Assembly (NCBI RefSeq): GCF_001194135.2
Contig: NC_068983.1
Location: forward strand, 23,822,235-23,886,234
Direction: 5' to 3'
Source of the DNA: Octopus bimaculoides
Lineage: Eukaryota
Length of the DNA: 64,000 nt
The position numbers and the translations under genes were made by a program. The notes under the pieces were generated by a model, which saw only the letters and a program-made list of their open reading frames with translations, was not told the DNA's origin and did no database searches. Below, in pieces: positions 38,604 to 51,510 of this stretch. How positions within the stretch are numbered: position 1 is the stretch's first letter; the number at the start of each line of letters is the position of its first letter.

Positions 38604-41600
38604 TGTATGTATGTGTCTACTAAATTCTACTCTCTTGATATTTATTAACCTGAAACTAGAAGATACTGTCCAAGAAGTAACACAATGAGATTGAACCAAG
38701 GGTCACATGATTTTAAAGCAAGCTTCTTAACCAGAGCCATATCTACATGTATTTGCAGGAAAATATATAGCACATAAAAAGAAAATATTGTATGAAGTTT
38801 GACTGAATTAGAAAATATCTGAAAGAAAATTAACATGTTTTAGTGGAAATATAGTACATAGGAATCTGAAGACCTTGTCTTCAGTAATATGGCAGTGTTA
38901 ATAATAATAAAGATAGTTCTTAATAATACTTTACAAAATTTTTATCAAGGGACCAAAAAATGACTGCGAACTTTGCTATTTATTGAAAATACTACCTTAT
39001 ATTTCAATTCATGCTTCAAACATTACATCAATAACAGAATAGAAGTAAATATTAATAACCTGTTCATGACCAGAGTTTGATTTTATGAGGAATTTCACAA
39101 CACAAAAGGAACGAGTAAGGTTTCTGCAGGCATGTCAAACCGACTTTCATCCAACTTATATTGAAGTCTTTTCTTGCTGGCTTGGATGGGTTGTGATATT
39201 TCTCTGAATAAAATGTATCACCATGTCTTCAAAAGGCTAAAAGTTCATTGCCTTTTTGCTTATGTATATTTTATGCAACTGCCAGGCATTTATTCATTGA
39301 TACATCAATCAAGCAGATAATAAGACAAGATTACCATTTTTTACCTTTGAATAGCAATCTTATATTTTGATGTTCTCGTCCTTTTGCTCTGTTCCCATGT
39401 ATCCATTATCAACTTTTAAGAGATGCGGTTGTGCTGTATAAAAATTGTGACTTTTAGGTAGTGATGAATAGTTATGAAGCTTGGAAGACAGATTGAACTG
39501 CTGCTGCTGCATTTGGTCACACATTTACTGAATTATTCTTTTTCCATCTGCACACTGGTATTTCATTGTATGCATTCATTCAAACACCAAATGAAACTCT
39601 TTCTTCTTTTTTCCTCAATCCACTCTCTTTTGCTTTGGAACAAACAGTTCTTGTTGCTTTGACTAATTTTGCCTTCAATGCTGGTGAAAACCATTATCAA
39701 TGCAGAAATATGATTTTGGAAAGTGTTCTAGAAAGATTTCAGTAAATTTGCAAAGAAGTATCTTTCTCTAATCCCAAACTGACCTCTTATTTTTATTCCA
39801 GTCACAAGGTTCTTTCTTGGTATGCATAAATGCTTCTCTGTCTCTACAACATTGCATTTCTTTATGTATGAAATGAGAGGAGAGTATGTTTGTGATTCTA
39901 TTTTATCCAAAATTTTTTCCTCATACACAAATGTTAATGACCTAAATGTAGGGCATTGATATTTATAAACATGTTACAGAAAGACATTTGATCTATTGAA
40001 TGTTCACCTTACAACACTGATCTCTCATCCCGGCCTCTAATGTTTTTTGATCGGAATAAACATGAAAGAGTAATAATTTGAAACCTTTGAGATACTGAAA
40101 TAATTACCCGAGTGAAGAGGTTGCATACAAATTCTGAAATCAAAGGTTTAAGCAATTTTGGTAACTTCCTATAGCAAACATATAACTTCAGTAGTCATAA
40201 ACAATATTGTTTACATTTTACTGATGGACTTTTAAAATAAACCCATGTGGAAAATATTCCTTTTAAATTAAAAGATCATTTCCTATGAATATTTTTGAAG
40301 GTGGTCTATGTAAAAAGATGAAAGGCATAAATGAGTTAAAAAGGTGTTAAATGTTCTCACTATCCATTTGTTTCAACATATTTTTCTTCATATTTATTAA
40401 ACAAATTTATTTAATATTTCTAGAGAAACATTATTAAATTATGCACTTTTTAATCACCTTAGCACATTATCTGTTAGAACTGTTGAATAATTAACTAAGT
40501 GACAAGATTGTAAGAGAATTTTATTTCCCTGCTCTAAAAAACAACATTCTTAATCAATGGATTTCATGAATACAATGTACAGCTCAAGTTTTAAATATTT
40601 GTGTCCCAAAATTAAGTAAGCACCATGGTAAACTTTGCAAACCAATTCATAGCTAATATGCTGTTATTTTTAGCGTTTGTTTTTTGGTTTTTGTCGTACT
40701 GGATTGAAGCTTTTATAACTCAGAGAATAATGTCTCCCTGGAAGCAATAAAATCTGCACAAACAAGTTTTTTCAATAATGTTATTGTTATGTTCTATTTG
40801 AAGCAATTATGATGAAAATATGTTTTTTATTATATTCCATAACTTTTATTGCAAGATATTGTTTTGCCATTTTTTTGTTGTCTTTTTTGATATCCATATC
40901 TTTGTAGAATTTTGGTGCCACCAAATATTTCTAACTTTCCTTTAATCTCAAGAGATAAATCAAAGGCACATTTAACTGACACAGCTGAAATAAATGTGAT
41001 AAATTGCAGACACCTTGTTGCCAACAAAATTTACTCTTCAAGTACTTGGCTTCTTCAGTAGATGTCTATTCTATAATGTTATGATAAAAACACATATCAG
41101 AAAGAAAAAAAGTAAAAACAAAACAAAACAAATAAAATTCATTTAAATTCTTGAAAATATTGTAATTTCAGAAAACAAGAGTAAACAGCAGGACAAATGG
41201 AGCGTATTCTTTGTTCTGATTGGATGTAATTTAAATTTCAAATTTATATATANNNNNNNNNNNNNNNNNNNNNNNNNNNNNNNNNNNNNNNNNNNNNNNN
41301 NNNNNNNNNNNNNNNNNNNNNNNNNNNNNNNNNNNNNNNNNNNNNNNNNNNNNNNNNNNNNNNNNNNNATATATATATATATATATATATACATTTGTTT
41401 CTTTTCAATGATTCCTGTTTAATGCTTCTTCTGATTTCTCCATGCACGTGTATGTGTGTATGTGAGTGTGTATGTGTGTATGTGAGTGTGTATGTGTTTA
41501 TGTGTGTGCATGCATAAGAGACATTATATTAGCAACAACATTTAGCATATTATATGATGCTTAGTTAATAACAAGTATGGAAAAAAACAAACATACAAAC

Positions 41601-41953
41601 AAACAAACGAACAAAAACTAATGTTTTGTGATGGCAGTCATATACACAATATATGGAATTCGTCATTGGGATATATTTTTTTTTGTTTGTTTGTCAGAGC
41701 GTGCATGTGTTGTTTCCTGTGTTTGGTATTGATTAAACAAATACACTCAGATGATTCTAGGTGATAGTTCAATGAAAATAATATTATGTTTAGAAACCAA
41801 AATTCCTTTGTCAAAGTTCCGGTGTTCTTATCCTGACAGGATGAGCTGTCAGCTAATATTGTTTTTTTTCTTCTTGTAGTTTATAACAAATGTGAAAAAT
41901 AGATAAGTGGAAACAGCCTAAAAGAAACAATTGGACGAAACCATAACACGTGC

Positions 41954-42002
<49 letters not shown>

Positions 42003-42003
42003 A

Positions 42004-42050
<47 letters not shown>

Positions 42051-42481
42051 TTTGTAGATCTTTCTGCTATTCCACAAGGCCTGAAATGTTTTCGATGGGG
42101 AGGTGCTAATCAATTACATCAAGCCCCTGCATAACTGTTACCTATTTTACAAACACCAAAACGATGAAAGGTGGTCTCAATCTCTAGTATTCAAAAGTAA
42201 TAATAATAATAATAAGAAGAAGAACCACAACAACAACAACAGCAATAATAATAGTTTAAAACTTTGGTAACTTTGGCCAGCAATTTCTGCTGAGGGAGTA
42301 AGTCAAAAACATCAATTCCAGAGCTCAATGGGTACTTATTTTATCAACCCTGAAAGGATGAAAGGCAAAGTCAACCTCGGTAGAGTCTGAACACAGAATG
42401 TAAAGACAGATGAAACGCCACTCAGCATTTTACCTGGCATGGTAGCAATTCTGCCAACTCACCACCTTAGTAGTAGTAGTA

Positions 42482-42539
<58 letters not shown>

Positions 42540-42599
42540 TGATAATGATAATAATAATAATAATGATGATGATAATGATAATAAAGATAATAATAATTT

Positions 42600-42970
42600 G
42601 AGACAAACTTAGTAAATATAAGGACCTGGAAATTGAAATACAAAAGATGAGTAATCTTAAAGCAAAAACTGTTCCTGTTATTGTAGGTGCCCCAGATATG
42701 ATAAAAAGAGATGTCAGAAACATTTAGACAACATCCCAGGAGAACCATGTCTCAAGGAAATCCAAAAGATTGTGCTGGCCAGTACTGCCTGCATCCTTAG
42801 AGAAACCCTATCAGTTTAAATGTTTGTCTTGTATCATATGGAAGTATTTCTCTACTGCCCTTGCCAAGCTTTCAGTTATATTTCAACATCTATTAATCTT
42901 CACTTGTCCTAGGGCTCTAGGTGTGTTCTGGAAAGTGATTGAATCAAACAAACATGCAGATAAAAGTAAA
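42600..42970 (+). mobile_element. 3' end (RLE endonuclease C-terminus plus 3' UTR) of an R4/Dong-like non-LTR retrotransposon, between AAT-type repeats
   Basis: DKLSKYKDLEIEIQKMSNLKAKTVPVIVGA...HLDNIPGEPCLKEIQKIVLASTACILRETLSV*; (AAT)n 42484-42598 upstream and AAT/AAC repeats ~42975-43022 downstream. Confidence 0.8.
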
Positions 42971-43223
42971 CAACAGTGATAACAATAACAGCAGCAACAA
43001 CAATAAAAATAATAATAATAATCCTTTATACTATAGGCACAAAGCCTGAAATTTTGTGGAGAGGGGACTAGTTGATTACATCAACCCCAGTGTTTCACTG
43101 GTACTTCATTGAACCCAAAAGGATGAAAGGCAAAGTCAACCTTCATGGAATTTGAACTCAGAACATAAAGCTGGACAAAATGCCGCTAAGCATTTTGCTC
43201 AGCATGCTAATGATTCTGCCAGC

Positions 43224-43279
<56 letters not shown>

Positions 43280-43285
<6 letters not shown>

Positions 43286-43790
43286 TAATACCAGGCAGTG
43301 GCTCTCATGGCTTCTAATCTTAACTGATTGAAAAGATTATCATGTACATTGTTTTGTCTTGGCATAAAAGGTGGGCGACAGCAAATATTCTGCTCAGTAC
43401 CACAGATTTGCTTGTCAGTCACTTGACCTTAACCAATGAAGTACATCCCTTAGTGGTTGAGGATATGACCATCTCAACCTGTGTTGAGAGGAATTCTTCG
43501 AGAAGAATTCATGGGTGTTTTGTTCATAATCCTTAAACAAACCTTAATCAGGGACTTTTTTGAACAGGATGGGCTACTTAAACTGAAGAAAATTCTAACT
43601 GGGCCCTACCTGCTATGTCATGCACTGTTCGTCTTGATATAAGGTCAGCATGTCATGCACAAATGGCTGTGATGCATGTGCCTGGTTTACCCTTATCATA
43701 TGGATAGTCATGATAGGTATATATGGCTTCGTATATTTGTACTCCAGTGTCACTTGATGGCATGCATTGCTCTCTCACTCAATAATAATA
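43280..43790. mobile_element. Unclassified interspersed repeat bounded by (AAT)n on both sides
   Basis: Right part matches, in reverse complement, 45225-45350 (gagtgagagag..tgcatgccatcaagtgacact); (AAT)n at 43227-43285 and 43781-43802. Confidence 0.6.
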
Positions 43791-44229
43791 ATAATAATAA
43801 TAAAGATGATGATGATGATAATAATCATCCTTCCTACTATAGGCACAAAGTCTGAAATTTTGTGGGAGGGAACTAGTTAATTATATTGAACCCCAAAAGG
43901 ACGAAAGGTAAAGTTAACCTCAGTAGAATATTTGAACTCAGAATGTAGAGACAGATGAAATGCTGCTGAGTATTTCATCCAGCGTGCTAGTGGGTCTGCC
44001 AACTTGCCCCTTTAATAATGATAATAATAACCCTTTCTACTAGAGGCATAATTTTGTGGTGGTGGTGGTGGTGGGTATTAGTCAATGACATTGACTCCAG
44101 CACTCATATGGTCCTTATTTCATTGACCCCCCCCCCCTCAGAACACAAAGCTGGAAGAAATCCCACTATGCATTTTTGCTGTAATGGTAATAATTCTGTC
44201 AGCTCATCACCTTAATAACAACAATGACG

Positions 44230-44290
<61 letters not shown>

Positions 44291-44339
44291 TCATAATAAT
44301 AATGATTAGAATAATAATAATAATAATAATGATGATGCT

Positions 44340-46300
44340 TTCCTCATTAACAACTACATCTTCCCTGATGAACAAAAAAGATGTAAATGCTGGTTTTATG
44401 GATGCTGGATCAACTGTTAATTAACAAAATGATTCTTGAAGATCGTCACAGCAAGAACAAAAAAAAAAAAAGACGTCTCTCAGTGGCGCTGAGAAACCAC
44501 AAGAAAGCCTTTGATAGTCTTCCTCACAGCTGGATAAAAGAATGCTGGGAGATGTTCAAAATCTCACCAGTAATCAGGAAGTTTGCATCTCACACCATGA
44601 AGCTCTGAAAACAACATTAATTCTCAACACTGACACTACAAATATAAACATTGGACAACTCAATATTAATTGTGGAATCTTTCAAGGAGACTCATTATCT
44701 CCATTGTTATTCTGTTCAGCACTGTTTCCTCTAAGTAAACACCTGAAGGGAACAAAATGTAGAAACAGGGAATATGAAAAAAAAATCTGCTAATCATCTC
44801 TTCTCTATGGAAGATTTGAAACTGTTCACAAAAAATGTTCAGCAATTGCAAGCTCTCTTATATGCAGTCAAACATTTAGCGATAACATCAATTGGAATTT
44901 GAACTCGGCAAATGCACCTAGGCTGCATTTACCAAGGGAAGACTATCAAACACATTCAGCATTACTATAGATAGAGACACAGAGACGAAAGAATAAGAAC
45001 CTAAGGACAGTTATTTGTGCACAAGCACAGGTGCAGTGAGTAGTGCTTTTTACATGACACAAGCATAGGCGAGGTCAGTTTTGGCAAGGTTTTTACAGCT
45101 GGATGCTCTTCCAAACACCAACCACTTCACAGTGTGGACTGGGTGCTTTTAAGTGGCACCTGCATTGACAGGGTTACCAAGTAGTTGCAGTAGGAAGGAT
45201 GATTATTATCATCATCATCTTTATTATTATTATTATTGAGTGAGAGAGAAATGCATGCCATCAAGTGACACTTGCGTACAAATATACGAAGTCATATATA
45301 CCTATCATGACTATCTGTCTGATAAGGGTAAACCAGGCACATGCATCACAACCATATCTATCTAAGGGCAGTAGATAAAAGAGATGGGATTAAACTCTCA
45401 CTGATGAAAGGAAATATAAGGAAGGAATATTATAGAAAAGTAAAAATCATTCTGAAAACTGAGCTGAATACCAAAAGCAAGATTGAGACCATAAACACAC
45501 TGGCCATGCCTGTAATCACCTACAGCTTCAATTTTATAAATTAATCCTTCTCTAAGGTCAACAAAGCTGGTGTCAAAATATGTAAGCTGATGACACTGCA
45601 TCACTCCAAAGCAAGCACAAATTGAATATATCTCCTGAGAAAAGAAGGTGGTTTGGAGTTGATACAATCTCAACTCTCATTAAAAATTGCCACCATAGGA
45701 CTTTCTGCTTATCTGCAAAAAGCAAACGACAGGACGTTAAGGCTGATTTTGAGGCTTGAAGATACCAAAACGTTGTACTAGGTGACAAAAATGCAAAAAT
45801 ATACCTCTAAGAAATGCATCTAGATAAACCAGTACCTGAAGAAAATGTGCCCCAACAGACAAGGCAAAACAAATAAAACTATAGTTAAACTAGCCTGCAA
45901 TACATTAAGGAGAAGTGTGAGCAAAGGCCACTGCATGGCAAGTACCTGAATAGAATTAGGGACCCTGATGTTGATCAAACCCTTACTCATCAGTGGCTCT
46001 AATGCACTTGTATTCAACCAGAAATGGAGGGGTATATAATTGCTGCTCAGGACAAGTCCCTTCCATCTAGGAATTACCAAACTTATGTCCTGAAGCATGA
46101 AAGCAGCTCATCATATTGCATATGCAGAGAGCACCTAGAGACAATTGACCACATAATCTCTGGATGCAGCAATATGGCACCAACAGAATACTTGCAAAGG
46201 CATGACAAGGCAGCTCAGTACATACACTGGCCAATATGCTGTGCATATAACCTCTCTCACAAAAATGATTGGTGGGAACACAAGTTAAAAACAATTCTAA
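44340..46300 (+). mobile_element. 5'-truncated R4/Dong-like LINE relic (RT plus CCHC finger), interrupted by repeats at ~45010-45350
   Basis: FPDEQK.CK...DQLLINKMILED, KKAFDSLPHSWI, GIFQGDSLSPLLFC, NHLFSMEDLKLF, KEYYRKVKIILKTELN, EGYIIAAQD...CICREHLETIDHIISGC...RHD; begins directly after (AAT)n 44225-44335. Confidence 0.9.
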
Positions 46301-46484
46301 TTTCAAAGTTCTCGCTGTTTCTTCTTCAATTTTCACAGCTGTTGACAGTGTAATGCCAAGATAGGCAAAACCAGTCAGCTTTCTGAGAATTGTCATAATT
46401 CCATGACCTGAAGCTCTCTGTACAGGTTTCTAAACATAGACCGGTGTATAAATTTATTCTTCTTTACAGCTTCCTTTACTTTGT

Positions 46485-46714
46485 TATTTCTTTATTGCCC
46501 ACACGGGGCTAAACATAGAGGGGACAAACAAGGACAGACAAAGGGATTAAGTCGATTACATCGACCCCAGTGAGTGACTGGTACTTAATTTATCGACCCC
46601 CAAAAGGATAAACAGCAAAGTCGACATCGGCGGAATTTGAACTCAGAACATAACAGCAGACGAAATACCGCTAAGCATTTCCCCCGGCATGCTAATGTTC
46701 CTGCCAGCTCGCCG
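46485..46714 (-). mobile_element. Young SINE family B, ~12-bp TSD
   Basis: cctttactttgt (46473-46484) / ccttcactttgt (46715-46726). Confidence 0.85.
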
Positions 46715-47269
46715 CCTTCACTTTGTGATGGCTTGGAGATGGTTGGCGTTGTATCATTTACATTTAATATAATACCTGATGCAAGGTGGCAGACTGGCAG
46801 ACTTATAAGCATACTGGGAGAAATGCTTGAGAGCATTTTGTCTGTTCTTGTGTTCTGAGTTCAAATTCTGCCATGGTTGACTTTGCCTTTCATCCTTTTG
46901 GGGGGGGTCGATAAAATAAGTACCAGTTGAACATTAGGGGAGGGGGGATCAATGTAATCGACTAGACCTCCTCCTCCAAAATTGCTGGCTTTGATGCAGA
47001 TGCAGATGGTACAGCTGTTAAAACCTCCGTCAGCATTGCCGTAAACATTAAGCCTAAAATAAATTACATTCTCAAACTATCATTATTACACAAGCTTATG
47101 AGAAAGCCTCTATGTAGTCATCCAATCTGCTAGAAATAGCAACAGAATTCTCTTATTTATGAACATAATCTCAAAATACCTTTAAAAGATTGGATAGTCA
47201 AGGCTGGAAGGCTGTTTAATCATAGGTCTTAGTCAATATTGATCTGAATAAGCAATAAAACATTAACCG

Positions 47270-47585
47270 GCACATCGTCAGTTATGACGATGAGGGTTCC
47301 AGTTGATCTGATCAATGGAACAGCCTGCTCGTGAAATTAATGCGCAAGTGGCTGAGTACTTCACAGATGCACATACCCTTCACGTAGTTCTCAGGGAGAT
47401 TCAGTGTGACTCAGAATGTAATAAGGCTGACCCTTTGAATTACAGGTACAACTCATTTTTGTCAGCTGAGTGGACTGGAGCAGTGTGAAATAAAGTGTCT
47501 TGCTCAACAACACAATGTGTTGCTGGGAATTGAACTCATGATTGTAAGGTCGTGAGCCGAATGCCCTGACCACTAAAGCCATAAT
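47270..47585 (-). mobile_element. tRNA-derived SINE (head H2, tail T1)
   Basis: Head like 58550 copy; distal half matches 26750-26930. Confidence 0.8.
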
Positions 47586-48176
47586 GTTAACAAGAATAAA
47601 AACAACCTACTGTACATGCAAGATATTCATTGTTATATTTTTTTCATATCTTTTACTGGTTTCACTTATTGTATTAAGGTTATGTAGGACCACTGCCTGG
47701 AAGTATTTTATTATGATATATTGTCTCGAGTTCTTCATCTGGTACTAGAGAGAATGCCATAAAGAACGACAAGAAAATCTATGCATGGTGCTAAAGAACG
47801 TGTAGCATGGCTAAAGCTAAGAACCACAAAACATTTTTGTGTTATGCATTGGTTTCCCTCAACCATACTTCTCCTCTTCTCTCCCTTATATTGATACCTA
47901 TCTCTCTCTCTCTCTCTCTCAGTGTCTATCGTTCTCTTTCTGTCTCTCTATTCTTGATATCTATATATAAGGTGATAATCCAAGTTTTAAGTGTATTATT
48001 TTTGAAACTACACAATAATGTATGTATAAATATTATTATATTGTGAATTCATTATGTTCATTTTATTATCAATATCAATATTTATGTTTATAAAATACAT
48101 TTTTCATGTTGTAATGAAACAACTGTTACAACAGAATTATAAAATAATACTATAAATTCCAATCTTTTTTTATATA

Positions 48177-48540
48177 TGAGTTGCTTTCAAAAAAGTATCT
48201 AAATTTATTTTTCTTTCCAAAACTAATGCCACGTGGACAAAATCCTCTGAGTAGGAGGTGACGTCACCCTTCCTGCACATGCTTGAAAATTTTTGTGCTG
48301 GTAGGTTGTGTCAGTTCTTGGCTGTTATGCCTGGAGTAGAGACGTGTAGTGCACATTCGTCGGATTTTCGTTTTTTACCAAATGCATCGAGCAGAGATAT
48401 TGCATCAAGTTTTGCCAAAAGCTCGGTGATACTCAAGCCCAAACCATCCAGAAGATTCAACAGGCTTTTAGCGATGATACCATGGGTAAAACTCAGATCA
48501 AAGAGTTGTACAACTGCTTTAAACATGGTTATGTGTTCAT
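48177..48540 (+). mobile_element. Mariner (DD34D-type) transposon 5' end with N-terminal HTH coding relic
   Basis: 48386-48529 reads IEQRYCIKFCQKLGDTQAQTIQKIQQAFSDDTMGKTQIKELYNCFKHG, typical mariner N-terminus; TA plus TIR-like tgagttgctttcaaaaaagtatc. Confidence 0.85.
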
Positions 48541-48564
48541 ATCATTTTAAATGATATGATCACT

Positions 48565-48860
48565 GGGCAATGGCCCAGTGGTTAGGGCAGTGGACTCACG
48601 GTCGGAGGATCCCGGTTTCGATTCCCAGACCGGTCGTTGTGTTTTATTGAGCGAAAACACCTAAAGCTCCACAAGGTTTCGGCAGGGGGTGGTAGCAACC
48701 CCTGTTGTACTCTTTCACCCCAACTTTCTCTCACTCTTTCTTCCGGTTTCTTGAGTAAAGCTGTGATGGACTGGCGGGGAACACATATGCCATAGAAACC
48801 GGGAAACTGGGCCCATGAGCCTGGCTAGGCTTTAAAAGGGTGCATAAATAAATAAAAAGT
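48565..48860 (+). mobile_element. tRNA-derived SINE (head H1, tail T2) ending in (AAAT)n
   Basis: First ~170 bp match 26550-26725, then unrelated tail. Confidence 0.85.
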
Positions 48861-49589
48861 CATTTTGAATTAATCATGCATTATTTCCTAGGTTTGAGAT
48901 TACACTGTAAGGTAGGTGCGAAAAGCCAGATCTGACCAGCTTGGAGATAAAACAGGTAGAATATTTTGGCTGGATTTGGCCAGTTTAAATGCTAAAGAGT
49001 TAAATGTTTGAATGTATTAATGTGATTTTTCTTATACAATGCCAGATTGTCATGCTCACATACACACAAATGCACGTATGCAAAACAAATAAAGAAAAGA
49101 GCTGAATGTAGTTGCATTTATTGGGTACTGGCCATATTTACTCAACTTGGGAATATAGCCAATGCTCATGATTCATTATAACAATCTGGAATGGCATGAA
49201 CCACCACCCCAATGTATGCACACGCACACACACACATACATGTACACACACATCCATGCTCACGCAAATTTAAATACAATGCCAAAGTAACAAGATCAAT
49301 AATGTTTTCTCAATCGGAGCAAAACAGCAGCAAAATTGTAAGAAAGGAGTAAACCTTAACCTATATCACTATATCTTGCAAGTAATTATGACCAGGTAGC
49401 ATGTTCTAAAGTTTTAGTAATTGTCTTATGCACCTGCATAGTCATGAACTTACATAGAAATCCTTTCGGTTCATCCACCTTTGATTCAACAGAACATTGA
49501 AATATGACAACTGGTGGGAGAGATGGCTGCACCAACAATGGGCTAGTACTCATTTTCTATTGAGTAGGCAGAAGCAATGTGAAGTAAAG

Positions 49590-49819
49590 GTGTCAAGCTG
49601 GCAGAAATGTTAGCATGCTGGGTGAAATGCTCAGCGGTATTTTGTCTGCCGTTACATTCTGAGTTCAAATTCTGCCGAGGTCGACTTTGCCTTTCATCCT
49701 TTCAGGGTCGATAAATTAAGTACCAGTTATGCACTGGGGTCGATGTAATAAACTTAATCCCTTTATCTGTCCTTGTTTGTTCCCTCTCTGTTTAGCCCCT
49801 TGTGGGCAATAAAGAAATA
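49590..49819 (+). mobile_element. SINE family B with perfect 20-bp TSD
   Basis: agaagcaatgtgaagtaaag at 49570-49589 and 49820-49839. Confidence 0.9.
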
Positions 49820-49999
49820 AGAAGCAATGTGAAGTAAAGTGCCTTGCTGAAGGACATGATGTGTCACCCAGTCCAGATATTGAACCCATGACATTATAAC
49901 CATGAGCTCAACATCCTAGCCACTTGGCCAGACACCATCAGGAAGAGAGGAGTATTGTCTGTTTAATCAATGGTAGTCTTTTATATATAGGGCCTCCAT

Positions 50000-50290
50000 T
50001 GGTAAAGTAGTATCCATATATGTGGAGTCTTAGGCAAGGATTTTTTTCTTTTTGTGGAAGACAGGCAGTGCCTATGCATGCAAGTCTCCCCTTTCTGCGA
50101 AACTAAATGAATTCAGGAGAAAGGCTACCATCTTAAAGTTGATACAGGTTGGTACATTATCAACACAGGTGTCACTGTTAGAATGTAAAAAGTTGGAACA
50201 GCTATCATAAGGCATCTAGTCTGTTCTGCCATTCCCTGTCTAATACTCTGGATTGACATTGCCACCAATGGATGTTTCAAATAATTTTCT
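50000..50290 (-). mobile_element. Possible RTE-like 3' relic
   Basis: NIHWWQCQSRVL... and RRKGRLACIG.AC weakly resemble NI.W..H.TN and RRL.FAGHC motifs. Confidence 0.3.
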
Positions 50291-50479
50291 ATCCAATCAA
50301 CATTTTGGAAGAATATGGTAAAATATCTGTTACATATATGTTAGTTAATGATCAAAAGCAGTCTAAATGTGATCTTCCTGCCTTTTTATGAGGTCCGTAT
50401 TATTTGTGTCCTTCACTCTCTTAAGATATTAGGATGTGGTTTGAAGAAGATTGGCTGCCACTTCTAGTACATTGAACAA

Positions 50480-51190
50480 CTGTCTTGCAGATTCTTATAG
50501 GCCATTTGTAATATATGAATTAAGGATTTGCATTCTTAAGGATTTGCATTCTTAAGGGTTTGTATTCTCTCCCCACAATCCCAAGTTCAGCCATACTTTG
50601 TACCAGGTAGGTTGGTATGAATCCTGTTTCTCCAATAATAATAGGTATGAAGCTGAAAGTGTATCTTAGGAACTGGATTTACAAACACCTTAGCAATGGT
50701 CCATAGATGTTCTCTTTCTCTTGTATTTTTCTTATTTCTTTATTGCCCACAAGGGGCTAAACATAGAGGGGACAAACAAGGACAGACAAAGGGGTTAAGT
50801 TGATTACATCAACCCCAGTGCATAACTAGTACTTTATTTAATCGACCCCGAAAGGATGAAAGGCAAAGCCAACCTCGGCGGAATTTGAACTGAGAATGTG
50901 AAGACAGACGAAATACCGCTAAGCATTTCGCCCGGCGTGCTAATGTTTCTGCCAGCTCGCCGCCTTTCCCTTGTATTTTTCTAACCACATTCATGTCCAG
51001 AAGGTAACTGATTTCCACAACAGAATATATCCTTTGTTTGTGGTTCCACACAATAATATCTGGCTGGTTGTGTTTTAACTTTGTGTCTATTTTAATTTTT
51101 AAGCTCCACCAATATTCTTTGGACTCGTTGGTCTCAATATGGTCAACTTCATTCGTAGGTATTTTCTTTTTTGTTATCCTGCTCTAGACT
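50480..51190 (-). mobile_element. RLE endonuclease domain relic of an R2/R4/NeSL-group LINE, split by a SINE
   Basis: EYWWSLKIKIDTKLKHNQPDIIVWNHKQRIYSVVEISYLLDMNVVRKIQ|EKENIYGPLLRCL*IQFLRYTFSFIPIIIGETGFIP; PD...E..(K) motif of RLE. Confidence 0.8.
50733..50964 (-). mobile_element. Young SINE family B with 18-bp TSD
   Basis: tttctcttgtatttttct (50715-50732) / tttcccttgtatttttct (50965-50982). Confidence 0.9.
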
Positions 51191-51202
51191 GTTCTGGCCA
51201 CC

Positions 51203-51233
<31 letters not shown>

Positions 51234-51245
51234 TGTATGTATGTA

Positions 51246-51510
51246 TGTTCAAAAGTATGTCTGTGCACACGTTTGAATGTAATGTATGCCAGAAGGCTTG
51301 CAAATCCAATGGGGGTCTTAAAAGACATGTTAAGATCCACAATGAGCAGAACTTACCTGCATGCATTGGTAGTTCAAATCAGAGGTGCAATCTGTGTGGG
51401 TGTTTTTTCAGAACATTGTCTGGTTTAAAAAGCCACATCAGACGCCATGAAGGAGCTAAGGTGTATGTACAGGAGGTGGTCAAACTCTGTATAAGGAGTA
51501 GACAACCACC
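51246..51510 (+). mobile_element. Two C2H2 zinc fingers, most likely the 3' end of an RTE-type LINE, flanked by (TGTA)n
   Basis: FECNVCQKACKSNGGLKRHVKIH and QRCNLCGCFFRTLSGLKSHIRRH, open frame; GL.SH.R.H is typical of RTE C-terminal fingers; no TGEKPY linker; (TGTA)n both sides. Confidence 0.65.

Noticed and set aside
39728-39928. Helitron PIF1-like similarity (IPR...RGQF.IR)
   Set aside because: Too few residues; the diagnostic TINKSQG motif is absent
51246-51510. Host C2H2 transcription-factor gene
   Set aside because: Only two fingers, no canonical linker or splice sites, microsatellite flanks; LINE 3' end more likely though not proven
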